This document shows, piece after piece, positions 49,801 to 62,375 of a stretch of DNA of 64,000 bases. This DNA comes from Trichosphaerium sp. ATCC 40318 (Eukaryota; Protista; Tubulinea), in the NCBI GenBank assembly GCA_038496445.1, contig JALMLS010000516.1, positions 62,001-126,000 on the forward strand, given 5' to 3'. The notes under the pieces were generated by a model. It had not been told where the DNA came from. It saw only the letters and a list, made by a program, of their open reading frames with translations, and made no database searches. Positions within the stretch are counted from its first letter, which is position 1. Each line of letters starts with the position of its first letter. The position numbers were made by a program, and so were the translations under genes.

Positions 49801-52800
49801 TCTCAATTGATCTCTCTTGTATTCTTGATATTGAGCGTTGCAAGTTTTCTACAAAATGTTTAGCATGAATTTTCGGGATTATTAGATAAACGCACGTGCA
49901 ATGCTATCCCTCGACCGAGATACTTTATATTTACGAGGATTTTGGCGATAGTAATTAAGAATCAATAAAGATGTAAGGAAGAGTTCCAAGTACTCCTCAC
50001 TTCCAGCAGTTTCTTGCTAGAAAATGAGTTAGTATCATGTATATAAAACACTAAAGAGGTCGTCTAACCTCTTCAGCATCCTCATCAACTGTAGCTAAGG
50101 CTCCTTTCTCTCCATATACTAAAAAGGTATAAGATAAACGCGAAGGATAGTCACATACTTTTAACAGCCTGTTCAAGCATCTTTGGTGGATATGAGTTGA
50201 ACGAACTGGTGCCAAAATTTTTAACCATATTCTCTCCAAGCGGATCAAAGTAAGCAGCAACTTCCATCTAAAATTGACTCATGTTAGAACATACATCGCA
50301 TACTGTTCTCATTAATTAGCTGTACCAAAGTTGTATCGTCAATTAAAGGAAGTAAATGAAGTATTTTTCGCAAGTAATGTCTGACTTCATAAGGATCTTC
50401 TAAATACATCTACGAGAAAAAGAGTAAGCCTTCATCATCACTAGGTACAAAGGAATTTGGATTGTTACCATAATTTGTTCTTTTACACCAAGGTTCTGTA
50501 AGAGAACTCCTTGGTTTGCACGCTTAAGAGGGTCATGATGGTAGTTATCTTTCAAATACTCTAAATCTTCATCTGTCAAGTTCAGTACACCACGCTGTTC
50601 TATCATCATAGTCAAAGCTTTTGGTATCCAGTTTCGTGCATGTGCTACCTAAAGTATCTAGTTAATCGGAGATGACAACCTACAAGTTGTAAAACGGTAG
50701 TGGTACGTACAATAAAAAAGTAACGAGTCAATCCATTTGTTAAAAAAGAAGATAGTGCGCTATCTCCATCGTAGTCATCGTTTGTTCTAAGAAACTTCTG
50801 GAACTCCTCATCTATAGTTTGCTTTTTTTATTGTAAGTTTATAACTATCATAAACTTATGCTTCGTACTCTGAACTCTTCTCTGTCTTTCAAAAGCTCAT
50901 TTAAGTAACAATTTAATAACATATTTGACAGTCGTTTTCTCTCGCTTACAGAGAACGCTATGAGTACTTATGAGTCTCCAGTCGTACAACGATGTAATAC
51001 ATGTGATATTATGTATCGCACCTGTTGGTTGATGAAGAGCAGTTCGTAAACGTGTAATAATAATGTCAATCCTGCCAATTTCTAAAAATTTTGAAACAAG
51101 TTTTTCAGTTGCAACATTAGACATGTAGTATATACTATTGTACGGTAAGCAAAATATTTAAAAGGAAAGCAATACATACTCGAGTGCACGTCCATAATCA
51201 CCCTTTTGAAAATACCAATCTGCAGCGTTCTCATAAAGTCTTAAAATATCCAATCCAAAAGTTTTACCAAGAGGTTCAGCTTCAGTATGCTCTAAACCTT
51301 GGCCAATTAACCCATAAAAAACTCTTTCTGGTGCCATCTAAAACTTGTTAGTTTATATCAATAAGTAAAGGCGACATTTACCTTTGCTCTGACTTCATAT
51401 AAACAAGAATCTGTCCAAAAATAAAACCCTTCAAGTTCGCTTTTTGCAAAAAAAATTAGAAACGAATTAAAATACATGTCTTACGCGTCGTCTTTCATGG
51501 AGAAGCTGGAAACACGTGTAGGCGACGGTACGGAAGGGAACGCTGGGAAAGAACCGCGTACTGTTTCTCCTGACGGTATTGCAAACTCTTGCATTAGAGA
51601 GTCCTGTTTTGCTTTTATAAACCCTATACAGCCATTATTCAACGTTGAATGTAGCGTTTATACGTACATCTCGGATTAGCTGATGTACCAGCAAGCAATT
51701 GTGAGGTTACAAGTACTCTATTACTCGTATTACCTATGAGTTTAACTAAGCACAAACACAAAACTGCAAGAAAAAAGACGCACCTTTGACAACAACAAAA
51801 ATGAGTTTTTCCGTTAAGATAACATCACTTATTCTGCCAGAATCAAGCTGAAAAACAAACTCAGGGTATTTACTGAGCTGTGGAGCAAACATATAAACTT
51901 CCATCTTATTTTTCTGTCTTATAGCGCCCATGACTGGTCCTCTCCGCGTCATTTGACACGTGACATGAACCTTAAAAAATGAGTAAGCAAAAATACGTTC
52001 TTTTCGTTCTCATTACGTACGTTAGGCTGTGCAAACTTTGATAGTTGTTTAAACTCAAAAGGAGGTTTGTTAAAATTACTAACAATAGTCTCATACCTAA
52101 CCACAAGGTGTTAAAGATGAAATGCATGGTTTACACGTACGCTAATGTAACCTTTTGTTCTATAAGCAACTTCCAAGTACCTCCACCATTTGTATTTGCA
52201 ATGATGTACTATTTTTCAAAAAATTAGTATTGTGAAATGAATACAAAACGTGTACTTTGTAATTCTTGTTAGGATCCTTCATTAGCCACATATTCTGGAT
52301 AGGAAACTTGTTCTTTGTGAAGGATACTTCATGGGTGTAGAAATTAACGAAACGTATAGTTCCAGTGTCACCAGCAAGAATCGCTACATTTGTTAAGTAT
52401 ATCGCTTGGTTGACAAATAAATACCATAATCGCCTCCATCCCACGTCTTCCACCAAATGCATTGTTTAGGGGACTTACTACCTGGCTTCCAACCCGGTTT
52501 GGCAGTACTATCGATTATAAAAATATCATCTAACTGCTCGAAAGCATTCTTGCTCTTCGACAGAAAGAATCAGCTTAAATACGAAAAATGCGTTTATACG
52601 CTAACACCCTACCTGTACTGCTTCTTTCTTCTCTTGTGTAAGTCCCTCCAAAAATCCTCCTGAAACAAAGCTAACAAACCTCATACTTTTGCGAAAGCGA
52701 GCAGATGAAGAACGCCGATCACTGTAAAAGAATAAACAAGGTATCAAGCAAAACGAAAACTGAAATAAAAACAAATGACAACCAAGTCACGTGCTCATTT

Positions 52801-53572
52801 TTAGGATTTTCTTTGTTTTTAAATTTTGACGTACGACATATTAGACAGACTAGTAGAAGAGGAACCAGTCTGCTTCTTAAACATCAAAAAGTAAATAGGA
52901 ACTAAGCAAATCGTATAGTTTGCAGTGACAGCCATCAACCATTGTCCAGTTGGGTTAAAAGCCATAGCAACTATGCGCAAAGGTGCCTCCTATACCATAT
53001 GTTACGTTGTGCATTGTTATTTGGTGAGTTGCAACTGATGATGCCACAAAATTAAAGTTTTTCAAAGTATCAAACTCAAAACGCTTTTTTCTTCAGAAAA
53101 ATACTCACCCTGTACCAACGAATTTTTCGAACCAAAGGAACGCCACTCTCGCCAATATACCTTAGAATCAGGTAATCTGAACACAAAATAAATAATTAGG
53201 TTGTACGAAAATTCCAAACTGTATTTGGGAACGTCTTAGAGCTTTTGTTGGTTGTGTCAAATGTATTTCAAGCGTCAAGAGCGTAGGTAAATAGAATGTA
53301 CCTGTAGATGTGTAAATAGCAATCCAAGCATGTCCTTGGTATCCTCCTTGAGCTGTTACTGATATTCTTGGTCTGTGTGGTGATTGCGGTTGAGCATTAC
53401 GATTAATTGCTGGAGATGATGACTGCCGCCTAGGGTTTCTTGCTCGGCGATTTTCATCTGGTTGTGACTCAAAGCTGAGAAGCTTTACAAGTGAAAAAAG
53501 TTCATAGTTGTGCGATTGCCCTTTAACATCTTTTCCAACACTCTTGCGTGAATTACTAAGTGATTTGCGCAT
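46891..53572 (-). CDS. Large RCC1-repeat protein with N-terminal beta-propeller-like region (possibly claret-like), ~30 introns
   Basis: LYAWGNNESGQLGLG, ISCGGTHT, VSCGFRHS, IECGYHHT and VFTWGSGEYGKLGH repeats at 48.2-49.8 kb. Confidence 0.8.
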
Positions 53573-53711
53573 GTCAAATAATTTTGTAACTTCTACTCAA
53601 CGTTGATGTGTCATTAAGCTGGAATCAGCAAGAACGTGCTATTGGAACGATAAGCTGTTGAATTGACTTTTAGAATACTTTTTCGTCTTAATTTGCCAAA
53701 CCAACTACCGC

Positions 53712-55659
53712 ATGCGTGCGGTTGTGCAACGCGCCAGAACAACACGAAGTACCACATGTGGCTGTAAACGGAAGGTATTGACAGGCAACCAGCCATGTGT
53801 ACAGGTAATAAAGCATATTGGCGTTTCTGGGACTACAAAAACGCGAAAGAGAAGGTAAAATAGGTGTTTTGAGCCGTTAAAGCATTCTAGCGCTATCATT
53901 GTCTAAAACGTTTCAGATTACTCTCTAATGCGAATAAGCGCTCATATGGTGTCAAAGAACGATTTCTGTACGAGCAATTTTATGATGCAGTTCTAATGGC
54001 CGTAGTGATTCACAAGAACGACGCCAGAAGGATCTCGCTGTTATTAAGAACGCTCTGGAGCACATTACGAACAAAAAGCCTTCAATGACATTTGATTGGA
54101 ATCGTGTTAAGCATCAACAACTAGTCGCTAGAAATGCGCCTACTGTGCAAAATCTTCACAGTTTTACAAATGAATATGTGAGAGTATATCCAGAGTGCAC
54201 GTGGAAAGGCGTTAACAAAAGGTACTTGTTCCTTTTTTTAGAAGTTCATTTGTAACTTTGATGGTAGTGCACGACGCCACCTGAAGTCCAACATTGTAGC
54301 TTCTGATAAAACTATGCAAAGAATTATAATCGATAGAATAGCTGAACACATGAATATCAGAGATTTAGATGAGTGGTATAGCGTAACTATGAGGAAACTG
54401 AAAAGAGCAAAAATTAAAAAAATCCCAAAATTGTGCGTTTATGTCACCTACCTGTTTGTATCTAAATCACTTATAGTGTTTTAAACAACTTAGAGAAATG
54501 TTTGAAGAATGTGTTTCCTCATTTCAAATGGCACAGCTGGAAATTTCGGTCAGTAGACATAAACGGAAACAAATAATAATAATTGCTTTAGCTGCACAAA
54601 ACAGGATTTAACTAGCATCAAAAGACAGATAGCTTGCTTACAATCTATGTCTGAACTATTAAATATAAAGTGCTTGGATGACTGGTATTCAATAACAGCT
54701 AAAAATGTTATTGATGCTGGTGCAGGAAGGTTTCTGGCAGAGTACGTCAAAATGCCTTTTATGTTAATAAAGTTCTTACTTTTTGACTGCTTTTTAGATA
54801 CAATAACTCACTTGTGTTGTGGTTACAGAGTATATACCCAAGCCATACATGGAAGCCATGGAGATTTAGGTACTTATTGGGCTATAAAGTCTACCCAAAC
54901 TGATTAATAATAGTGGTGCTCCAAAAGGATTTTGGACTAATATTAAGAATCAGCAATGTGCATTTGATGATCTTTCTGAAATATATGACATTCATTCTTT
55001 GGATGGATGGAAAAAAGTGTCTTTAGGCGATATGGCAAACTCTGGTTTAAACTCTGTTTTACGGATGTATGGATCTCTTCCGAAACTTCTTTCAGTTGTC
55101 TTTTCTCAACAAGACAACGAGTTACAATATTTCAGTAACCTGGCTAATTCTAAGGCCCCCAACACTCGTTGGACTAATATAGATCATACTCGCTTTTTAG
55201 AAGGTATAGCTGTACGATTTAACATAAGAACAATGGAAAATTGGTAAGCTCAGACCGCGGAATGAATAGTTTTTTTTCTAATCACTAAAAAGGTATACTG
55301 CCTCTCAGTCTCTTTTCTGCCAAGTTGGGGCTAGTGGGTTCTGTCATCACTTTCCATTAGCACTTAGTGAGGTATACCCAGGATTTCCTTGGGATTGGAA
55401 AAGATTTAGTAAACGTGGGAAGAAATCAAAGCAAGGGCAAGTTCATAACTTCGATACTTTTTTCAAATACTTTCATTGACATTTTTTCTTTGTACAGGGT
55501 TTTAAAGGAGGCTATTGTAGGTTGTCTCTCATCATCTACATTAACACAACAGACGGTAAATTTTTAATGTGGAAGGGAATGATTACTTATCAGAGTCTTG
55601 ATGTGCCTAGATCGAAAAAAGTCAGTAAAAAACAGAAGGAAAAAACCCTTGAAATATGA
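53712..55659 (+). CDS. W-rich ~75-aa repeat protein, paralogue 1
   Basis: Repeats of GFW..IKNQ...FD.L...Y.I..LDxWY..(GG)..L..Y.S...L..VYP...W..W.F; Arg-rich N-terminus with no acidic residues. Confidence 0.75.
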
Positions 55660-55761
55660 CAAATAAACGCTTTGAAATAACTACTATCTGGGGCTGTTAT
55701 TGAAATACTAACTAATAAAAACATACAACGACAAATAGCAGATGTATAGTTTGTTTAAATC

Positions 55762-57055
55762 TCAAAATGTCAACAACACATCAAGTTTTGGAGTTTTTTG
55801 TTGAATTGAAAAGTTGTTTTTTTCTTTTTCTCTTACCTGTAACCGATTATTAACCCATTCAATAGTCATTTCCATAGCAGGTTCTTTAGAGTGTATCAAA
55901 TGTGTTGCAACACATTGCTCAGTGCTTATAACTTTAACATCTTTTTCAGTCGATTGTGCACTATCATAAATTTGTCTACTACCACGTGCTGGTATAACAG
56001 GATCATTTTCATGGTGTACAACCAAGAAAGGAAAGTGTATTTGGTCCAGCATAGTCTACAAAAAAAAATCACGTCAACAACTAGTACTAGTACCACAAAC
56101 ACGCTATAGACGTAAAAACGCCATATTTTCAAAAAAAAAAAAGTACAAGAAATAGAATCATCTTACCTTAGCGTAATCTGTCATATCAAGCAAATTCTTT
56201 CCCATTGATAAATGCATAGCATCAGAGTATGTAAGAGGATCAGCTAGAAACAGTTTATAGATCTCTGGACTTTCAAATTTTTCCGGATCTGGCTCTGGTC
56301 CCCACTTGAGCTTGCCTCCACCCATTGAAGCAACAAGCCTATTAGAATAGTGTGTTAACAGACGTTCCAAACGGCTTTAAACAGCTTCGCTGAACGCACT
56401 TTAAACCTTGTAATACGACCCAAGGTGGTTGTATATCGTTGAATAGAGCAGGCGCAAACATCGCTGAGCCTAGCCAATTGCCAGCGTCCTTCATGTCACC
56501 GTTTATTATTGCGTCTTGCACTCGAAGAGACGTTAAAAGCGTTACACATCCGCCCATCGATGCTCCTGCTATAAAGAAAGGTACATCCATAGGTGGGACG
56601 TCTTTTAACTTTCCTACGGCAAAACTTACTTTTAATCATTCTCTAACGCGATATATGGAGTAGTAGAGGGATATTATGCGCTTAGGAGTTTTTTTGTGTA
56701 CCTGCAAAGTATTGTTTGATAAAATGTACGCCATCGTCTATGAGATACTCCCAGTTGACCAAATGACCGCGTAGATCGTCTGATACTGACTTTCCGTGTC
56801 CAATTTGGTCATAACACACGCAAGCAATCCCTATTTTTGCCATTGTGTTGATAAACAGTTGGTCCGGTACAGCTCCTATCAAACAGTTAGAATTTTGCTC
56901 GTTGTTCACCATTGTCAATTCTGTAACGCACCAGTATGTCCGTGCATGCCGTGGAACCATAGCATTAAAGCAATGACTGGTTTTTCATTTGGTATTACTT
57001 TCCTGGCGAATAGTTTCTCTCCACGCTTATTAACGTACTCAAATTCAGTTTGCAT
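55762..57055 (-). CDS. Alpha/beta hydrolase (monoacylglycerol lipase / lysophospholipase-like)
   Basis: FHGMHGH, YDQIGHGKS, GASMGG nucleophile elbow, HHENDPVI and a terminal His. Confidence 0.92.
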
Positions 57056-57131
57056 TGTGCTTGGTGTTCTGTGTTCACGTTCACCTGATTACTATATTTA
57101 ATACTGAAGTGTGCTTATAGGCAGCCTTCGC

Positions 57132-59037
57132 TTAAACTGAGTCGACTGATTTTTCTACTGATTTGCAATTTTGGTGTTGTTGCAATTTTGATAGTTCAGC
57201 GTAGAGTTTTTGTGACACATTGTGACATTTCCTTCGAACTTCTGTTCACAAAGTCTAATATAGTAAAGAGCATCTCCTGGTAGATATTTAGGACAGTTGT
57301 AGATTCTCTATCGACGTACCTTAAAGTACAATGCGTTTATAGATTTTTTTTTAAACCCTTGAAACAAACGTCCAAGTAGTCTGCAGGCTGTTTTTTATGG
57401 TATTCTTTTATCTCGATTGGTTTATTTTAAATGTTACAGGAGGTAAATTATGTACAAGTTTGGTATAATTTTTGTATACAATATGACGACAAAAGTACAA
57501 AAATAATCAAAAACTGAATAGCAAAATATCTGGTGTTATCTTGTGCTAGCCTCATAGCAACAACTTGAGTTTTGAGGGTTGCCATCTGTTCCAATAACTT
57601 AGCTTTATCCATTTCTAGTTTCTTCAAAGCAGTATTGGTGACAGAAGAGAATTCCTTGACAGATTCCTGAGCCTCGCATTTGGCAAGTTTTTTCGACTTT
57701 TTCAGTATTTGTTTGGGTTTTAGTTGGACTTTTGGTTGTTTTTTAGGCTCTTGTTTTTTTAGCTTATCTACATCTTGAGCCTTCTTTGATACTTGGTTAT
57801 TATTTTCTTGATAATAATACCCATTAGAAACACCCAAAACTGGCATTGGCTTCTTTTCAGTTTCTTTCATTTCTTGTTTTTTTCTTTGTTTTTTCTTAGG
57901 TTTTTTCTTCTTTCTATTCTTTTTTGTAGCTTGTTTTACCCACCAAGGTTTCTCCTTTGTGAGCCATGGACGGTCAGGACTTCCTACAAAAAGTTAATAA
58001 ACTTATACGTATATTTATACGAGTTAGAATAGGCCAAACGACCTTCTTAGTAGTCGCACAAACATTGTGAATTTCACTTGCTGAACATCAGTGGATTAGT
58101 GTACCTGTTCTAGACTTCCAATGAGGATAATCAAAAGCTGCTTTTCGAAGCGATTCAATAAAACCTTCAACACGTGTCGTTATGCAATCATCCACGATAC
58201 GCTTTGGAATCCATCCTAAAAAAAAAAACGATACGAGTCAACCTCTGTGGGTAAATATGTATTTTTTTAGCTTACCTTTAAGATCCGTATGCGTTATATA
58301 CGTTAACTTACTTCCGTACTTATCAAACGGCTCAATGAGGTACCCGCTTAAATAATACCAAGCTCTACATAGTCAAAGTCAGCTTCATGTATTAATAAAT
58401 TTTTTTCTTCAGTACCGTATACGTTCTCGCTTTTCAGGTACATTACCGTGTTGTACTGAATGGCTTATAATATAATACAATGTTTTTTTCAAATCACCTA
58501 CTTTATCAATCCATGATGATTGTTGGTAGCAGAAATCACGCCCTGATATAAGATCCACAGGAGACTAATAATTAGAGAAATCATAGAAAATCAAAACTGA
58601 AATTTACCTTGCCAGAATAGTATGCAATTTCATTCCAACCATCCAATTGCTGTATGCTAATAAACCATTAGGAACTAAGTAATGATATTTTGGTACGCAC
58701 TGTAGTTGTTCTTGGACATGAATATCCCATTTTGGGCGATACATGGAGTCATGTAGCACGTCATATAATACCTTAATACAAATTAACTTCACGTAAAATA
58801 AAGGCATGGGTTGTTGTTTAAAAGTTTGTCACACCTCTGGAAGTATTCTTGGGAAAGTACTTGATACCTTTACTATCTTAACACCAGAATTCTCATGCTT
58901 TTAAAACAGTGAGATTGTCAACTTTTTTGATTTTTTTGCGTACATGCTTTTCGAATACTTTGAGTTCTGTTGTATCAACACGTGACTGCCAACCATTGGT
59001 ATCGTTGCACCAATCACAAAATTTAGTAAAGTCGGAC
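57132..59037 (-). CDS. START-domain lipid-transfer protein with Lys-rich/coiled-coil tail (first exon unresolved)
   Basis: WQSRVD, VLYDVLHDSMYRPKWD, SGRDFCYQ, HGNVPE, VRAWYYLSGYLIEP and TDLKGWIPK. Confidence 0.85.
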
Positions 59038-59711
59038 TAAATTATTTTGTCAATAAGGATAACCAATGACGTAAGGATTGCGTTACGCAAAGAAAAAGAA
59101 TTCAAAGAAAATTGTTCAATTTCTGAAATTTTGTAAAACTCGAAGATATTTTAAGGTTTTTTTTTTCCGTTTTATTGCCGCTTCCTTTTGGCTTTTTTGA
59201 CGTTTCGGGTACGTTAGGTTCTTAACCCTTTATGTTTTAATCGTAACAAAAGCTGTCAACGTGTTTGATAAGATTTCACTAAAAAAGAACTGTGGAAACA
59301 AACGTAAAAATAGTGGGTTTTTGTAGAGTTTGATCATAACAGGAGTTCATGCGTTTATCGATGTTTGGTGAACTATCTGCGTTCTGAAGTAGACTTTTCG
59401 TTTATTTTTTGCGTATTAGAAAACGTACCAGTGATGCTAACGTGTATCCATCGACTTTTGGAGCGTCAGCGTCTTGGCAAATGTAAATAGGTTCTCTGGG
59501 TGTTAATTGTTCATTTTTGGGCGAAGGCAAAGCCATGTATGCCTGCCGCTCGGCGTCGAAGTCATTACAGAGACTTTAAGCAATAATGGCTTAGCAACGG
59601 GAGAAAATGGGCTACAACGCATCAAATAATCAAATGATGGCGCGACGTGAATTTATAGCAACATAATCCAGCCTTGCGTTAAAACACCAAAAAAAAAACT
59701 TTTGCGCCAAA

Positions 59712-61656
59712 ATGCGACACCCTCGAGGTTATTGGACGTCTTTAGAGCGTCAACGAAGCTTTATGGACTCTACAATTGTTCCTAAGCTTCAAATACGTAA
59801 ACCAAGTGATTGGTACAAAGTTACATCAACAACGTTAATAACCAATGGCGGTGGCCCGATTTTGTTCAAGTACGCTTTGTGTATTCTCACAATTACGCCT
59901 GACGATCCAAAAGATACGGTGGATCAGTATCTAAAGCGATTAAAACAATTTATCCTGAACACAGGTTATTAAGCTCAGAATTCAGGTACAACGCCGCCAA
60001 CGCGCTTTGTTAAGTATTTTACGCGCCATGCGTCGAACAACATGTCATATAACGACTTACACCTGTTTTTTTAAACAGTTACGTTCCTCACAACTTCTGG
60101 GATTCCTCAACCAACAAACGTGATAAGTTTGATGCCATAGGGAAGAAACTTGGCATAACTAAGCTTGAGGATTGGTATAATATATCAATAGATCAAATGC
60201 AAGAACATGGTGTTGTGACATTACTTCATAGGTCAGTTTTTCACTGAAACATTTCAAGTGAAAAAAACCAAAATGACATGTCATTGCGTGTCAAATTTTT
60301 TGACAATATTTTCTTAGACACCGGTATTCTATGTGTTCAGTGTTAAAGAATGTATATCCTGAATTTGGATGGTCAAGTTGGCGGTTCAAGTACACTTTTT
60401 TGATTCTTTCTTTAATTTTAATTGTTTTACGTTAGGAGAGTTACAAGTCACATGTTTCAAAACCAACGCATGTGGCTTAATCGTTATGCTGAAAAATTAA
60501 ACGTTAAACATTTGGATGGTTGGTATAAGCATGTTTCAAGAGATATTGTGATGCTGGGAGGATTGCACATACTGCAGCCGTATGCCGCCTTTTTTTTGTT
60601 TTTTTTACACTTTGCTTGTTTTTCATGTAGTTACTTTTTTCTAGATACGGTCGCTCGCTATTCCAATGTCTAATGGTAATGTATCCTGAGCATAACTGGG
60701 AACCTGGAAGATTTGTGTACGCTAAAAAACTCAAAAGAATTAAAATAGCTGACAAATACAATGTCTTTCTAGATGTGCTCCAAAACAACACTGGGAGGAT
60801 GATACTAACCAAAGAGCATGGTTTAATAATACAGCACGCAACTTAGGAATTAAAACTCTTGATGGGTGGTATGCATGTGGTACAAAAGATATTGTACTTC
60901 AAGGTGGCGCTGGACTTCTCCTTCGGTACGTTCTAGTCATTCATGTATGCTTTGAGGTCTTTTTAACCTCATATAGGTATAACTCATCGCTTGCTCGTGC
61001 CATCACAACGCTATACAAGAATTACCACTGGTCTATGCAAAGGTTTAGGTAGCGTTTTAATCACTCAATAACACCAACTTGTTTGACGCTCAATTAGAGC
61101 AAGGGACGTTCCTATTATTTCTCCTAAACGCAAAGCACCTTTTGCTACACCACGTGGTTACTGGAAAGAACCTATCAATATTGTTGAGTTCATGAAAGGT
61201 GTTGAAGAGAGATTTGGTATTTCTTCACCTGAACAATGGCACGCTCTTAGATTTACGTTAATATTTTTGTTTCTTTCGTTGTTTCGTCCTTGAGATTTTA
61301 AAGAGTGAACCTCACAATTGCAAAGTATAACCTCTTGGTTGAACGTTATCTTTGATGCCTATAAGTAAACGTTGCCATGAGTGCTATCTTGTGCTTTTTT
61401 TGATTTACTTTTTTAGGTATCGAATGTCTACGTTACACCTTAGACAACTGAATGGTGCTGGATACCTTAATTATTTCCCAAGCGTATTGAATAAAGTATA
61501 TCCTGATCATGAATGGAATTTACAACATTTTAAGTTACATTCACGACGCTCTGTACAGCAGTAAGTAAAAAAACCACAAATGTTTGTTTTAACTATTTTT
61601 CTAGTACATTAATTCAAGGTCTTTCGGAAATGTTTCCAAATATAAGTACGAGCTAG
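59712..61656 (+). CDS. W-rich ~75-aa repeat protein, paralogue 2 (five repeats; start uncertain)
   Basis: PRGYWTSLERQRSFMD...SDWYKV...GGGPILFKYGGSVSKAIKTIYPEH and four further copies. Confidence 0.8.
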
Positions 61657-61865
61657 TGGTAAAATAAAACAAAGTGTATTTTTAGAAAACCTGTTTCTTC
61701 AGTTCAACACCAAAACAATCAAAAAGCGCTGTATTTTTTTTCATTCTACTTTGAGAAGAAACACATGATAACAGGTAAAGGGATCTTTTTTTTATTATTC
61801 GCTACAATACCACGATCAGTACCAAGTACGAATAAAGAGTGTTGGCCGGTTTTTTTGGGTCTTGT

Positions 61866-62375
61866 TTACTTGGCAGTGACATCAGCTTCCTTTGAAACAC
61901 CGCCCCATTTTGAGTAGTCGACCTCAAATTTAGGAGCCAATTGAAAGATACCATGGAAGTTTTGTTTTGGCATGTCCTTGTCTAGCTTTGGGAATGCAAA
62001 CTTGAATCCTTTGGACTTGCATCTAAACAAGTAGGTACTTGGTAAGCAGAAAAGAACACAAACTTTTGGAGTTAAAAAGAACGTTTTTTTTCAAAGAATG
62101 AAAGTGGCTTTTTGTAAACCGACGTACCCTCCAGCGGCAATGTGACCAAAGTCAAGGGTGACTTTGTCAAGATCACCAGAACCTCCACAAGTCATGACCT
62201 CAGAGTGGAAAGGAGAGTCTTCATCAACATCGACATAAGCCAAGCAGTCGGTGATTGGGATTGGGAGCTTATTGGTAAAGTTGACTTTACAACAGTATGT
62301 TGTCTTGTCATCGAGGTTTGCTGGTACGGTGTACTCAACTTTAACGCATGCGTCTTCAACACAGATAGAAGTCAT
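61866..62375 (-). CDS. Small beta-rich hypothetical protein, one intron
   Basis: MTSICVEDACVKVEY...DFGHIAAGG, intron ~62127-62023, then CKSKGFKFAF...VTAK*. Confidence 0.7.

Noticed and set aside
52788-52794. GCACGT on the minus strand as another GC donor
   Set aside because: An in-frame stop upstream requires the earlier GTACGT donor (~52835), so this site is intronic.
59634-59711. In-frame TAA in MMARREFIAT*SSLALK upstream of repeat paralogue 2, suggesting stop-codon reassignment
   Set aside because: TAA, TAG and TGA all end well-supported genes here, and other apparent internal stops resolve as introns. An unresolved 5' exon, downstream start or mutation is more likely.
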